A stretch of 51,403 bases of DNA from Firmicutes bacterium CAG:124 (GCA_000432135.1 HF990602.1:1-51403), one strand, 5' to 3'; shown: positions 16,157-26,691, numbered from the stretch's first letter. Made by a program: numbers and translations. The notes: generated by a model not told the origin, from the letters alone.

Positions 16157-17230
16157 ATGCTGGAAAAACTGAAGCTGGTCGAGGCGCGCTATCTCGAAAT
16201 GGCGGAGCGCGCCGCGCAGCCGGATTTTTATAACGACCCGAAGGCCGCATCGCAGCTGTTAAAGGAGCAGCGGCAGCTCGAACCCATCATCACGGCCTAC
16301 CGCAGCTATATGAAAACGACGCAGGAGCAGGACGACCTGCGCGCCATGCTTTCCGAGGGGCTCGACCCTGAAATGAAAGCGCTGTGCCAGGAGGAATTCT
16401 CCGCAAACAAGAAAAAGCTGGAGGAATTGGAGCAGGAGCTGAAAATTCTCCTGCTGCCGCGCGACCCGAACGACGACAAGAGCGTCATCATGGAGATCCG
16501 CGGCGGCGTCGGCGGCGAGGAAAGCGCGCTGTTCGCCCACAGCCTGTACCGGATGTACACGATGTACGCCGAGTCCAAGCGCTGGACGGTCACGCTGCTG
16601 AACTACAATGAAACCGAGCTTGGCGGCATCAAGGAAGCCGATTTTGAGATTCAGGGCGCGGGCGCGTACTCCAGACTCAAATTTGAATCCGGCGTCCACC
16701 GCGTCCAGCGCGTCCCGGAGACAGAGTCCGGCGGGCGCGTCCACACGTCGACCGCGACGGTCGCGGTGCTCCCCGAGATGGAGCAGGCCGAGGTCGATAT
16801 CCGGCCCGAGGATATCGAGATGCAGGTCTACCGCTCGTCCGGCGCAGGCGGGCAGCACATCAACAAGACCAGCTCCGCCGTGCGCCTCATCCACAAGCCG
16901 TCCGGCATCGTCGTGGCCTGTCAGGAGGAACGCAGCCAGGTGCAGAACCGCGAAAAGTGCATGCAGATGCTGGCCTCCAAGCTCTATCAGATCGAGCAGG
17001 AGCGCATCGAATCCGCCGTCACGTCCGAGCGCCGCAGCCAGGTCGGCACCGGCATGCGCAATGAGCGCATCCGCACCTACAATTTCCCGCAGGGCCGCGT
17101 CACCGACCACCGCATCGGCCTGACGCTCTATAAAATCGACTCCATCATGGACGGCGCTTTGGACGAGCTGATCGACGCCCTCGTCACTGCCGACCAGGCG
17201 GAAAAGCTGCAAAGCAGCGGAGAAGCGTAA
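16157..17230 (+). CDS. prfA: Peptide chain release factor 1
   Basis: GVHRVQRVPETES (PxT), GAGGQHINKT, IRTYNFPQGRVTDHRI. Confidence 0.97.
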   Translation: MLEKLKLVEARYLEMAERAAQPDFYNDPKAASQLLKEQRQLEPIITAYRSYMKTTQEQDDLRAMLSEGLDPEMKALCQEEFSANKKKLEELEQELKILLLPRDPNDDKSVIMEIRGGVGGEESALFAHSLYRMYTMYAESKRWTVTLLNYNETELGGIKEADFEIQGAGAYSRLKFESGVHRVQRVPETESGGRVHTSTATVAVLPEMEQAEVDIRPEDIEMQVYRSSGAGGQHINKTSSAVRLIHKPSGIVVACQEERSQVQNREKCMQMLASKLYQIEQERIESAVTSERRSQVGTGMRNERIRTYNFPQGRVTDHRIGLTLYKIDSIMDGALDELIDALVTADQAEKLQSSGEA

Positions 17231-17260
17231 CCGATTTGTTTGAACTTGGGAGGAATGGCT

Positions 17261-17644
17261 ATGGTATTCTGGTGCATGATGCTGCTGTTTACGCTGCTGA
17301 GCCCGGCCACGATGATCGGCTTCGGGCGGAGCTTTTTCAAAAGGCCGCCCAGGGATATCAACGCGACGTTCGGCTACCGGACGACGATGTCCATGAAGAA
17401 TCAGGAAACATGGCAGCTTGCTCACCGTGTCTGCGGGCGGTACTGGTTCATCTGCGGCCTGATCCTGCTGCCGCTGTCCGTGCTTCCGATGCTGTTCGTG
17501 ATAAACCGCGGCACGGAAACGATCGGCATGACCGGCGGGATCATTGTGTTTGTCCAGATCGTTCCGATGCTCTGCGTGATCATCCCGACCGAGCACGCCC
17601 TGCGGAAGAATTTTGATAAAAACGGGAACCGAATTACCGGCTGA
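17261..17644 (+). CDS. SdpI/YhfL-family membrane protein
   Basis: PPRDINATFGYRTTMSMKNQETWQLAHR motif; start 17255 or 17261. Confidence 0.8.
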   Translation: MVFWCMMLLFTLLSPATMIGFGRSFFKRPPRDINATFGYRTTMSMKNQETWQLAHRVCGRYWFICGLILLPLSVLPMLFVINRGTETIGMTGGIIVFVQIVPMLCVIIPTEHALRKNFDKNGNRITG

Positions 17645-17723
17645 AGCGCCTGCAGTTCTTCCGAATCTTTCCCGCGAAGCTTGAGACAGCCCCTTTTTAC
17701 GGTGCTTCCGCCTCAGAAAGCAT

Positions 17724-17960
17724 TCACTGCCCGTCCAGCAGATCCAGCAGATCGTCCAGCTCGTCCTCAAGCGCTTCGTGGCGTTCGCCCCAGCGCTCGT
17801 AGGCCTTGCTCATCATATCCTCCGGCTCGCGGGCATCCAGCTCCGCGAGCTTTTCGCGCAGCTCCTGCGCCTGCGCCAGAAGCTCTTCACGGGAAAGGGC
17901 CTCCAGTTCCGGTTCCTCCGCGTCTGCGGGAAAGGGAATGATCTGTGCCATATGCTTCAT
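17724..17960 (-). CDS. Small acidic hypothetical protein
   Basis: Overlaps the upstream stop; LDAREPEDM...W...HEALEDELD. Confidence 0.65.
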   Translation of the reverse strand: MKHMAQIIPFPADAEEPELEALSREELLAQAQELREKLAELDAREPEDMMSKAYERWGERHEALEDELDDLLDLLDGQ

Positions 17961-19564
17961 CCTTTCAGATTGCTCAATTCGTTGATGATCGCTTCCGCCG
18001 TCAGCATTCCGTCCAGCGCGGCGGAGGTGATGCCGCCGGCGTAGCCCGCGCCCTCTCCGCAGGGATACAGGCCGCGCAGACTTGACTGCCGCGTCTCATC
18101 GCGCAGGATGCGCACGGGGGACGAGCTGCGCGTCTCCGGCGCGGTCAGGACGGCGTCGGGCCGGGCGAAGCCGTGCAGGCGCTTGTCCAACTCCGGCAGC
18201 GCCTGTTCGAGCACGGAAGTGATGCGCTCCGGCAGGACCTCGTGCAGCTCGCAGAGCGTCACGCCGGGCCGGTAGGCCGGATGGACGGCGCCCAGCGCCT
18301 GCGAGGGCTGCTTTTTCAGGAAATCGCCGACAAGCTGCGCAGGCGCGCGGTAATTGCTTCCGCCCGCGCGGAAGGCCGCCTGTTCGATCTGCCGCTGCCA
18401 GTACATCCCGCCGAGCGGGGAGCTGCCCGGGAAATCGGCGGGGTTCAGTGTGACGAGCAGGGCCGCATTCGCGTTTTCGCCGTCACGCGCATGGTCGGAC
18501 ATCCCGTTCGTCACGACGCCGCCCGGCTCCGACGCGGCTGCAACCACGTACCCGCCGGGGCACATACAGAAGGTATAGGCCGAGCCGCCGCTTGGCAGCT
18601 GCACGTTCAGCTTGTAATCCGCCGCGCCAAGCCCCGGCGCGTCTGCAAACGGGCCATACTGGTTCTCGTTGATCTGCCGCTGCGGGTGCTCGATGCGCAC
18701 GCCCATGGAAAACGGCTTCGGCTCCATCGGTACCCCGGCGCTGTGCAGTGCCTCAAACGTATCGCGGGCGCTGTGCCCGATGGCAAGCAGGACGCGGGAG
18801 GCCGGAAGCACCGTCTCGCTGTCTGCGCTCTGTACGCGGACGGCTGTGATGCGGCCGTTTTCGGCTTCGATGCCGGTCAGCCGTGTGCCGAAGCGGATCT
18901 CGCCGCCGTAGTGCAGGATTTTCTCCCGCAGGTTCTGCACGACCACGACCAGCTCGTCCGTGCCGATGTGGGGCTTTGCGTCGTACAGAATATCCGCGCT
19001 GGCTCCGGCCTCGGCAAACTGCTCCAGGATCCAGCCGATGCGCTCGTTCTTAACGCCGGTATTCAGCTTTCCGTCTGAAAACGTGCCCGCGCCGCCCTCG
19101 CCGAACTGCACGTTGCACTCCGGGTCAAGCTCCCCGGTCTGCCAGAAGCGCGACACGGCCTCGTGCCGCGTTTTCGCGTCCTGCCCGCGTTCGAGCACGA
19201 GCGGGCGAAGCCCCGCCATGCTCAGGACCAGCGCGGCGAACATCCCCGCCGGGCCGAAGCCCACGATGATGGGCTGACTGTCCGGCAGCGCCTGCGGCTG
19301 CGGGACGCTGTAAAGCGTGTCGCGCGCAATGGACGCCTTCGGACTGTGGGCCATTTTGAGGATTTTATCCTCCCGGCCCTTTACGGCCACGTCGACGGTA
19401 TAAATGATGCGCACGTCGTTCTTTTTGCGTGCGTCAACGGATTTTTTCTTCAGGTCCAGCTGCTTGATCTCGTTCGGAGAAATGCGCAGCTGCCGCGCAG
19501 CGGCCTGCACGAGCCGGGCCATGTCGCCGTCCGGCGGCAAAGAGAGATCGCGGATGCGGATCAT
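17957..19564 (-). CDS. FAD/NAD(P)-dependent oxidoreductase (uncharacterised ~530-aa family)
   Basis: IVGFGPAGMFA, QFGEGGAGTFSDGKL, FCMCPGG, GEGAGYAGGITSAALDG. Confidence 0.88.
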   Translation of the reverse strand: MIRIRDLSLPPDGDMARLVQAAARQLRISPNEIKQLDLKKKSVDARKKNDVRIIYTVDVAVKGREDKILKMAHSPKASIARDTLYSVPQPQALPDSQPIIVGFGPAGMFAALVLSMAGLRPLVLERGQDAKTRHEAVSRFWQTGELDPECNVQFGEGGAGTFSDGKLNTGVKNERIGWILEQFAEAGASADILYDAKPHIGTDELVVVVQNLREKILHYGGEIRFGTRLTGIEAENGRITAVRVQSADSETVLPASRVLLAIGHSARDTFEALHSAGVPMEPKPFSMGVRIEHPQRQINENQYGPFADAPGLGAADYKLNVQLPSGGSAYTFCMCPGGYVVAAASEPGGVVTNGMSDHARDGENANAALLVTLNPADFPGSSPLGGMYWQRQIEQAAFRAGGSNYRAPAQLVGDFLKKQPSQALGAVHPAYRPGVTLCELHEVLPERITSVLEQALPELDKRLHGFARPDAVLTAPETRSSSPVRILRDETRQSSLRGLYPCGEGAGYAGGITSAALDGMLTAEAIINELSNLKG

Positions 19565-19648
19565 CGGGGGGCCTCCATGTGTGGGAATTTTTCATTATCA
19601 TATCACAGAACCGGCAAAAACGGAAACCAAAAAACTGCCGCGCCGGAT

Positions 19649-19690
19649 TTTACAAAATGTTCACGCAAACGCAGGGAGCGGCAGTATAAT
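19649..19690 (+). promoter_or_regulatory. Promoter with candidate response-regulator box
   Basis: TTTACA-N4-GTTCA at 19649-19663 and TATAAT at 19685-19690. Confidence 0.55.
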
Positions 19691-19728
19691 ATTCATTATA
19701 TTGTATCAGAAGGGAGCGCGCTTCTCCT

Positions 19729-20415
19729 ATGGCAAAAACGATCCTGATCGTCGAAGACGATCCGAATATCTCCGAGCTTGTGCAGATGTATCTCGAAAAG
19801 GAGGGCTACAACACCCGCATCGCCTCCGACGGCGGACAGGGACTTGATCTGTTCCGGCAGCTCCGGCCCGATCTGGTGCTGCTCGATATCATGCTGCCCG
19901 TGATGGACGGCTGGAGCGTCCTGCGCACCATCCGGCAGGACAGCAAGACCCCCGTCATCATGCTCACGGCCAAGGGCGAGACGAACGACAAGGTGCAGGG
20001 CCTGAAGCAGGGCGCAGACGACTATCTCACCAAGCCCTTCGAAATGAAGGAGCTTTTGGCCCGTGTCGAGGCCGTTCTGCGCCGCGCGGGCGGCGAGGAC
20101 GACAAGACCAAGCCCCGCCGTCTGGTCTTCGACAAGCTCATTATCGACCTTGACTCGTTCGAGCTCATCGTCGACGGCAAGCGCATCGAGACGCCGCCCA
20201 AGGAAATGGAGCTTCTGTTCCATCTCGCGTCCAGCCCGAACCGTGTCTTCACGCGCAACCAGCTGCTCGACGAGGTCTGGGGCTTTGATTATTTCGGCGA
20301 CAGCCGTACCGTCGACGTCCATGTCAAGCGCCTGCGCGAAAAGCTCGAGGGCGTGTCGGACAAGTGGAGCCTCAAGACCGTCTGGGGCGTCGGATATAAA
20401 TTCGAGGTCCTGTAA
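19729..20415 (+). CDS. OmpR/PhoB-family response regulator
   Basis: ILIVEDD, LLDIMLP, MLTAK, DDYLTKPF, RTVDVHVKRLREK. Confidence 0.95.
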   Translation: MAKTILIVEDDPNISELVQMYLEKEGYNTRIASDGGQGLDLFRQLRPDLVLLDIMLPVMDGWSVLRTIRQDSKTPVIMLTAKGETNDKVQGLKQGADDYLTKPFEMKELLARVEAVLRRAGGEDDKTKPRRLVFDKLIIDLDSFELIVDGKRIETPPKEMELLFHLASSPNRVFTRNQLLDEVWGFDYFGDSRTVDVHVKRLREKLEGVSDKWSLKTVWGVGYKFEVL

Positions 20416-20417
20416 CC

Positions 20418-21848
20418 ATGAAAACAACGTTCAGCCGGCAGTTTGCCCTCATTGCGGCGCTGCTGCTGGTCTGTATGATCTTTACGGGCGTTTCGTTCCG
20501 GTTTCTGATGCTGGGGTATCTGAAAAACGACAAAAAAGAGACGCTCAGCGCCGACGCGGCCGCCGTCGCCTCGCTGGCCGAGGCGTATGACTCGACGGGC
20601 GAGCTGGAGGAAAACTGGGACTTCCGGCTGAGTCTGTCCCTGTTTTCCGACGTTGGCGAGGCTGAGGCGCTGGTCTGCGATGAAAACGGCTTCGTCGTCC
20701 TGTGCTCCTGCGACGAGTTTAACTGTGAACATATCGGCCAGCAGGTCGATGCGAATCTCATCACCGAAATTGACGCCAGCGGCGAAACGTTCCGCGTCGG
20801 GACGCTGGCCGGCATCCACGACGGACGGCGATACATCGCGGGCAGGCCCATTGTCGCCAATGATACGGAGGAGACGATCGGCTATGTCATCATCTCCTCC
20901 GACATGACGCAGATCACGGATTTCATGCAGCGCAGCTCGTCGCTGTTTTTCTATGTGGCGATCATCGTGCTGGTGCTGGCGCTGGCCGCGGCGACGTTTT
21001 TGTCGCACCAGCAGGCGCAGCCGCTGGCAAAGGTCGCGGACGCGGCCCGGCGCTTCGGCCGTGGCGAGCTGGATACCCGCGTGACGGTGCCGGACAGCTG
21101 CGGCGAGGAGGTCGTCGATCTGGCGAACGCCTTCAACACCATGGCGGATTCTCTGGAAAAATCCGAGCAGCGCAGACAGGAATTCATCGCAAACGTCTCG
21201 CACGAGCTGAAAACCCCCATGACCACCATCGGCGGCTACATCGACGGGATGCTCGACGGGACCATCCCGCCGGAAAAGCAGCAGCATTATATGCAGATCG
21301 TCTCCGGCGAGGTGCGCAGGCTCTCGCGGCTGGTGCGCAATATGCTCGACATCGCGAAGCTGCAGGCCATGGGCGTGGAGGAGAGCCGGAAAACGCGCTT
21401 CGATCTCGGCGAGGAGCTGAGCGACGTGCTCATCACCTTCGAGCAGAAGATCTATAACAAGCATCTCGACGTGCGCGTCGATCTGCCGGACAAGCCCGTC
21501 TGGACGCGGGCCGAGCGCGACAGCATCACGCAGGTCATCTATAACCTGATCGACAACGCCATCAAATTCTGCCCCGACGGCGGCAGGCTTGCCCTGCGGG
21601 TGCAGGTCGACGGCGGCAAGGCCCGCGTGAGCGTCGAAAACACCGGCCCGACCATCGACAAGGACGAGCTGCCGCTGCTGTTCGACCGCTTCCACAAGGC
21701 CGACAAATCCCGTTCGGCTGACCGCGAGGGCTGGGGCCTCGGCCTCTACATCGCGAAGACCATCGTCGGCGCGCACGGCGGCGATATCTGGGCCACGAGC
21801 GAAAACGGCGTGACGCAGTTCAACTTCACGCTGCCCACAGTCCGCTGA
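20418..21848 (+). CDS. Sensor histidine kinase (2 TM, HAMP, HisKA, HATPase)
   Basis: ANVSHELKTP, NLIDNAIKF, FDRFHKAD, GWGLGLYI. Confidence 0.95.
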   Translation: MKTTFSRQFALIAALLLVCMIFTGVSFRFLMLGYLKNDKKETLSADAAAVASLAEAYDSTGELEENWDFRLSLSLFSDVGEAEALVCDENGFVVLCSCDEFNCEHIGQQVDANLITEIDASGETFRVGTLAGIHDGRRYIAGRPIVANDTEETIGYVIISSDMTQITDFMQRSSSLFFYVAIIVLVLALAAATFLSHQQAQPLAKVADAARRFGRGELDTRVTVPDSCGEEVVDLANAFNTMADSLEKSEQRRQEFIANVSHELKTPMTTIGGYIDGMLDGTIPPEKQQHYMQIVSGEVRRLSRLVRNMLDIAKLQAMGVEESRKTRFDLGEELSDVLITFEQKIYNKHLDVRVDLPDKPVWTRAERDSITQVIYNLIDNAIKFCPDGGRLALRVQVDGGKARVSVENTGPTIDKDELPLLFDRFHKADKSRSADREGWGLGLYIAKTIVGAHGGDIWATSENGVTQFNFTLPTVR

Positions 21849-21864
21849 CGGACTGCACGGAAGA

Positions 21865-21907
21865 TTTACAGATCGTTCAATGTCTGTTCAAATCCGCGGG
21901 ATATACT
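21865..21907 (+). promoter_or_regulatory. htrA promoter with the same box
   Basis: TTTACA-N4-GTTCAA-N5-GTTCAA and TATACT at 21902-21907. Confidence 0.55.
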
Positions 21908-21938
21908 AAGTGCATAACCAAGCAAGAGGGTGTCTGAT

Positions 21939-23252
21939 ATGAGCTTTGACAACAACAGCTTTTATGACGACAATTCCACAAAGAACTGGCAGCCGCAGCC
22001 GACGCCGATGGAGGACCGCAGGCGCAGGCACACCGGAAAATGGATCACGGCTATTTTGATCCTGGGCCTGCTGGCGCTGGCCGTGACCGGCACGGTGCAT
22101 CTGGTGCGCGATGTCGGCGTGACGATCAACCGGTCGGATACCGGCTTTCTTCTGACCGTCGGCACGCAGCCGGCGCAGACCGCTCCAACCGAGCAGACGC
22201 AGACAGCAAAGGAAACGGAACCGTCCGTTCAGACCGAAGCGCCTGCGCAGACGCAGCAGGCCGCCGAGGATCTGCCGCAGCTGACGATCACGCAGTCGCC
22301 CGCAGGCGTGCCGACCGTCGCCTCCGAGGAAGCGGGCGCGCTGAGCCTGCAGGAGATCTACCGCCGGTGCATCGGAAGCGTCGTCTCCATCGTGACCGTC
22401 ACGCCGTCCGGCAAGGCCAGCGGGACCGGCATCATCATGTCGGAGGACGGATATGTCATCACGAACCATCATGTGATCGAAAGCGCGCAGGCCGTGAGCG
22501 TCCTGACGGCGGACAGCCGGGAATATACCGCGTCGGTCATCGGCAGCGACGAGACGAGCGATCTTGCCGTTCTGAAGATCGAGGCCGAAGGGCTGCAGGC
22601 CGCTGAGTTCGGCGATTCGTCCGTTCTGCAGGTCGGCGACAGCGTCGCCGCCATCGGCGATCCGCTCGGAACGGCGCTGCGCGGCACCATGACCGACGGC
22701 ATCGTCTCCGCGATCAACCGCGATCTGACCGTCAACGATCGCACCATGAGCCTGATCCAGACGAATGCAGCGCTCAACAACGGCAACTCCGGCGGGCCGC
22801 TCATCAACTGCTACGGGCAGGTCATCGGCATCAACACGATGAAGATGAGCAACTTCTATTCCTCGTCCACGACCGTCGAGGGCATCGGGTTTGCCATCCC
22901 GATCGACACGGCCAAGCCCATCATCGACGAGCTGATCGAAAAGGGCTATGTCTCCGGCCGTCCGGCCATCGGCATCGACGGCGAGACGCTCCCCGCGACG
23001 TACCGCATCTATTACCGTCTGCCGCAGGGCATCTATGTGACGCGCGTTTACCGCAACAGCGACGCTGCCGCCAAGGGCATTTCCGAGGGCGACATCATCA
23101 CCGCCATCAACGGCGTCTCCGTCACGACGATGGAGCAGCTCAACCGCGTCAAGAACCAGTTCACCGCCGGCCAGACCATCACGCTGACCATCTACCACGG
23201 CGGCGTTTCCTCCGACGTGGAGATCATTCTCATGGACCGCGCAAACGCATAA
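21939..23252 (+). CDS. htrA: HtrA/DegP-type serine protease with PDZ domain
   Basis: GTGII, ITNHHVI, DLAVLKI, NNGNSGGPL, C-terminal PDZ; one N-terminal TM. Confidence 0.93.
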   Translation: MSFDNNSFYDDNSTKNWQPQPTPMEDRRRRHTGKWITAILILGLLALAVTGTVHLVRDVGVTINRSDTGFLLTVGTQPAQTAPTEQTQTAKETEPSVQTEAPAQTQQAAEDLPQLTITQSPAGVPTVASEEAGALSLQEIYRRCIGSVVSIVTVTPSGKASGTGIIMSEDGYVITNHHVIESAQAVSVLTADSREYTASVIGSDETSDLAVLKIEAEGLQAAEFGDSSVLQVGDSVAAIGDPLGTALRGTMTDGIVSAINRDLTVNDRTMSLIQTNAALNNGNSGGPLINCYGQVIGINTMKMSNFYSSSTTVEGIGFAIPIDTAKPIIDELIEKGYVSGRPAIGIDGETLPATYRIYYRLPQGIYVTRVYRNSDAAAKGISEGDIITAINGVSVTTMEQLNRVKNQFTAGQTITLTIYHGGVSSDVEIILMDRANA

Positions 23253-23263
23253 TAGCGCAAAAT

Positions 23264-23294
23264 ACGCCCACGGCGCTCCCAGCGCCGTGGGCGT
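23264..23294. terminator. Perfect hairpin after htrA
   Basis: acgcccacggcgct-ccc-agcgccgtgggcgt. Confidence 0.6.
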
Positions 23295-23350
23295 TACACT
23301 CTGTCGAAGAAGCATTATTTTCCTATTTTGCACAGGATTTCTGAGACAGG

Positions 23351-23454
23351 TGTAGGGGCGGACGACTCTGTCCGCCCGCAGGATGCTGTGTTTTCACGGG
23401 AATCTACGGCAAATTCGCAACATTTTTGGGCCGACAGGGTCGTCGGCCCCTACA
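23351..23454. repeat. Inverted REP doublet (REPIN-like)
   Basis: tgtaggggcggacgactctgtccgccc ... gggccgacagggtcgtcggcccctaca; spacer resembles the reverse complement of 13985-14010. Confidence 0.85.
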
Positions 23455-23546
23455 GCTACGTGGAGAAATGCAATTCGGATTTGCCGAGGGGATTCCCCTT
23501 TTCGCTGCTGCCTGCTGCTCGGACTTCCGGGCGCAGCGCGGCGAAA

Positions 23547-24530
23547 TCAAAGCCCATCAAATGTCGTGCCCGTCTGGCGGCGGGCTTCTTCGATGACGGC
23601 GGCGGTAAGGATGCTGTCGCGGTTGCGCTTTTCCGGCTGCGTGCCGGAGGCGATATAGCCCGCGAATTCGCGCAGCTCGTACATCATGTTGTTCGGCAGC
23701 TTTTCGCGGTACGGCAGCTCGACCGTCTCTCCGCTGCGGCGCACGAGCCAGATGCGGCGGATGTGGTTGATATCGTCGAGCAGGATCGAGCCGTCCTCGC
23801 CCATGAATGTGGTGGGCGCGGCCTGTTTGCAGACCTTTGACCAGATCGCCTCGCAGACAAAGCCGTCATAGCGCAGCAGCGCGATGCCGCCTGCCTCAAA
23901 CCCGCTTTCCAGATGGTATGCCTCTGCCGATACGTGCGCGGGTTCGCCGAACAGGGAGATAAGCGCGTGGATGGGATAACAGCCCATGTCCAGAATCGCC
24001 GCGTTGCACAGCGCGGGGTCAAAGGCGTTGATATGCGGCTCTCCTGCGCGGACGCGGTCGTAGCGGGAGGAATACTGCGTGAACTCCGCTGTGACGCGGC
24101 GAAGCGTCCCGATCTCGGGCAGCGCGTCCCGGATGATGGGCAGCGCGTCGTCAAACACCAGCCGCATGGCCTCCAGATAGACCACGTGATTGGCGTTTGC
24201 CGTCTCGACGAGCGTCTCCGTCTGCTTTCTGGTCAGAACGCCCGGCTTTTCCAGCAGCACGTGCTTGCCGTGCCGCAGCAGGCACATGGCCTGGTCAAAG
24301 TGGCAGAGGTTCGGGCTTGCGATATACGCCGCGTCAAACGCGTCCGAGGCCGCAAATGCCTCCAGATCGGTGAACACCGCGTCCAGATGGTATTTTTCCG
24401 CGAATTCCCTGCCGGTTTCCTCGTTTCTGGAATAAATCGCCGCCGGGCGCAGCTCCGGCACCTGCTCCATCGCCGCCAGCATCCAGTCGACGACGAAATT
24501 CCGCCCGATGATTCCCACGCGAATGGCCAT
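23547..24530 (-). CDS. Gfo/Idh/MocA-family oxidoreductase
   Basis: VGIIG, YIASPNLCH, HVLLEKP, LDMGCYP. Confidence 0.9.
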   Translation of the reverse strand: MAIRVGIIGRNFVVDWMLAAMEQVPELRPAAIYSRNEETGREFAEKYHLDAVFTDLEAFAASDAFDAAYIASPNLCHFDQAMCLLRHGKHVLLEKPGVLTRKQTETLVETANANHVVYLEAMRLVFDDALPIIRDALPEIGTLRRVTAEFTQYSSRYDRVRAGEPHINAFDPALCNAAILDMGCYPIHALISLFGEPAHVSAEAYHLESGFEAGGIALLRYDGFVCEAIWSKVCKQAAPTTFMGEDGSILLDDINHIRRIWLVRRSGETVELPYREKLPNNMMYELREFAGYIASGTQPEKRNRDSILTAAVIEEARRQTGTTFDGL

Positions 24531-24586
24531 GCTGTATCCCTCCATAAATGCGCATCCGTCCGGCAAGCCGGGCGGATGCGATACTT

Positions 24587-26047
24587 TTATCGATCGAGCC
24601 TGCCGCCCTCATGCAGCAGCCGGTCCTTGATGTCCCACAGCTTCTGCGACAGATCGACGTAATAGGTGTGCGGGTTGTCAAAACGCTTGACCTCGTCCCA
24701 GAGTGTGTCGACCTGCTCGGCGCAGTATTTCTGAATGTCGTCCAGCTTCGGCAGCTTGTAGACCAGCTCGCCGTTTTTGAAGATCGGCACGAGCAGCTCC
24801 TTCGCCGTAAAGTTATAGACCCTCTTGCGCTTCCACGTCGCCTGCGGGTCGAAAATTTCCAGATCGCTGCTGTCGTCGACCGTCTCGTCGTGGACGCACA
24901 GATAGTCCGCGATAGCCTTGCCGGTGTCGTTGCCGAAGAAACGGTAGACCTTTTTGAAGTGCGGGTTCGTGATCTTGCCCACGTTCTCGCTGATCTTGAT
25001 CTTGGGGATGATAGTCCCGTTCTCGTCCTCAATGGCCGTCAGCTTGTACACGCCGCCGAACACGGCCTCGGATTTGGCCGTGATGAGCCGTTCGCCGACG
25101 CCGAACAGGTCGATCTGCGCGCCCTGGTTGAGGATGTCCTCGATAATATACTCGTCGAGCGAGTTCGAGCACGAGATTTTGCAGCTCTGCCAGCCTGCCT
25201 CGTCGAGCAGCTTCCGCGCCTTTTTCGTCAGATACGTCATGTCGCCGGAGTCGAGCCGGATGCCGCATTTTGTAAGTCCACGGGGCTTTAAGACCTCATT
25301 GAAGACGCGGATGGCGTTCGGGATGCCGGATTTGAGCGTATTGTACGTGTCGACCAGCAGCGTGGGGTTCTCCGGATACGTTTCGCAGTAGGCCTTGAAC
25401 GCCTCGTATTCCGACGGGAACATCTGCACCCACGAATGGGCCATCGTGCCGCCGGCCGGAACGCCGTAGAGCTGATCGGTCAGCGTGCAGGCCGTGCCTT
25501 TGCAGCCGCCAATGTAAGCGGCGCGCGCGCCGTCGACCGCCGCGTCGACGCCCTGCGCCCGGCGGGAGCCGAATTCCAGAACGGTGCGGCCCTTCGCGGC
25601 CCGCACGACGCGGTTGGCCTTCGTCGCGATGAGGCTCTGGTGGTTGAGCGTCAGCAGCAGAAACGTCTCGACGAGCTGCGCCTGAATGGCGGGCGCGCGG
25701 ACGGTCATGATCGGCTCGCGCGGGAAGATCGGCGTGCCCTCCGGCACGGCCCAGATATCGCCCGTGAAGCGGAAGCCGCGCAGATATTGCAGGAAGCCCT
25801 CGTCGAACATATTCCGGCTGCGCAGATACGCAATATCGTCCTCGTCAAAATGGAGCTGCTGCACGTACTCGATCGCCTGCTCCAGACCCGCCGCGATGGC
25901 AAAGCCGCCGTTATCGGGCACGGAGCGGAAGAAAATATCAAAATACGTGATGCGGTCCTGCATACCCTGCACGAAATAGCCGTTGCCCATGGTGAGCTCG
26001 TAATAATCGCAGAGCATACTCAGATTGGCGTTTTTGTTGATATCCAT
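24587..26047 (-). CDS. pncB: Nicotinate phosphoribosyltransferase
   Basis: DYYELTM, EFGSRRAQG, GTMAHSWV, LVDTY, GIRLDSGD, GGVYKL. Confidence 0.95.
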   Translation of the reverse strand: MDINKNANLSMLCDYYELTMGNGYFVQGMQDRITYFDIFFRSVPDNGGFAIAAGLEQAIEYVQQLHFDEDDIAYLRSRNMFDEGFLQYLRGFRFTGDIWAVPEGTPIFPREPIMTVRAPAIQAQLVETFLLLTLNHQSLIATKANRVVRAAKGRTVLEFGSRRAQGVDAAVDGARAAYIGGCKGTACTLTDQLYGVPAGGTMAHSWVQMFPSEYEAFKAYCETYPENPTLLVDTYNTLKSGIPNAIRVFNEVLKPRGLTKCGIRLDSGDMTYLTKKARKLLDEAGWQSCKISCSNSLDEYIIEDILNQGAQIDLFGVGERLITAKSEAVFGGVYKLTAIEDENGTIIPKIKISENVGKITNPHFKKVYRFFGNDTGKAIADYLCVHDETVDDSSDLEIFDPQATWKRKRVYNFTAKELLVPIFKNGELVYKLPKLDDIQKYCAEQVDTLWDEVKRFDNPHTYYVDLSQKLWDIKDRLLHEGGRLDR

Positions 26048-26091
26048 GATCGTTTTCCCTCGTTTTTCTGCCGCATGGGTACATGGGCGGT

Positions 26092-26691
26092 TTATTCTGC
26101 AAGCGCCCGTGCGCGCTGCAGTTTGCTGAGCGGCTGCTCGGACAGATGATAGGTGTCCATAAGCGCCCGCGCGAACGCGGAAAGCGCTTCCTCGCTTCCC
26201 TGCTTTAATTCCAGCTCCAGCTCGCACAGAAGCGCCGTCCTGCCCCCGCCGGTCAGATCGCCGACGTCGCCGCAGATCATGCAGCTGGTGTTCTCCGACA
26301 GCCGCAGCTCCGCCGTGATGCGGGTGAAGCTTGCCCCGCAGATGGGCGCAAGCGCGTCCGGCTGCAGGGCGGCGATCTCCTGCGGCGCGCCGAGCGCGGC
26401 CAGCTTCGGCAGCGCCTCGTCGAGATACGCACTCTCGACCTCCCATTCGCCGCGCGTATGCCCCTCGCCGGGGGTCTTCATGGTGACGACGCTGCGGCCG
26501 TCCTCCGTGCGCAGGCGGAGCATCCAGCGCCGCTGCGCAAGAAAGCCGTCCTCCGTATCGTAATACGTTGTCCGCATCCGGAGATAGGCATAGGGCGCGC
26601 ACAGCTTTTCCATAACCATCCGGCTGCACAGAATGCAGTCGAGCAGCTGCAGATCGCCGACAGCCAGCTTGTATTCCGTCTCTTTTCCCAA
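26092..26691 (-). CDS. CYTH-domain protein
   Basis: ETEYKL, TTYYDT, LRLR, RGEWE, ELELELK, SKLQRA; TTG start after AAGGAG. Confidence 0.88.
   Translation of the reverse strand: MGKETEYKLAVGDLQLLDCILCSRMVMEKLCAPYAYLRMRTTYYDTEDGFLAQRRWMLRLRTEDGRSVVTMKTPGEGHTRGEWEVESAYLDEALPKLAALGAPQEIAALQPDALAPICGASFTRITAELRLSENTSCMICGDVGDLTGGGRTALLCELELELKQGSEEALSAFARALMDTYHLSEQPLSKLQRARALAE

Noticed and set aside
17261..17644. SdpI gene as part of a toxin-immunity cluster
   Set aside because: No toxin, exporter or SdpR-like regulator is adjacent
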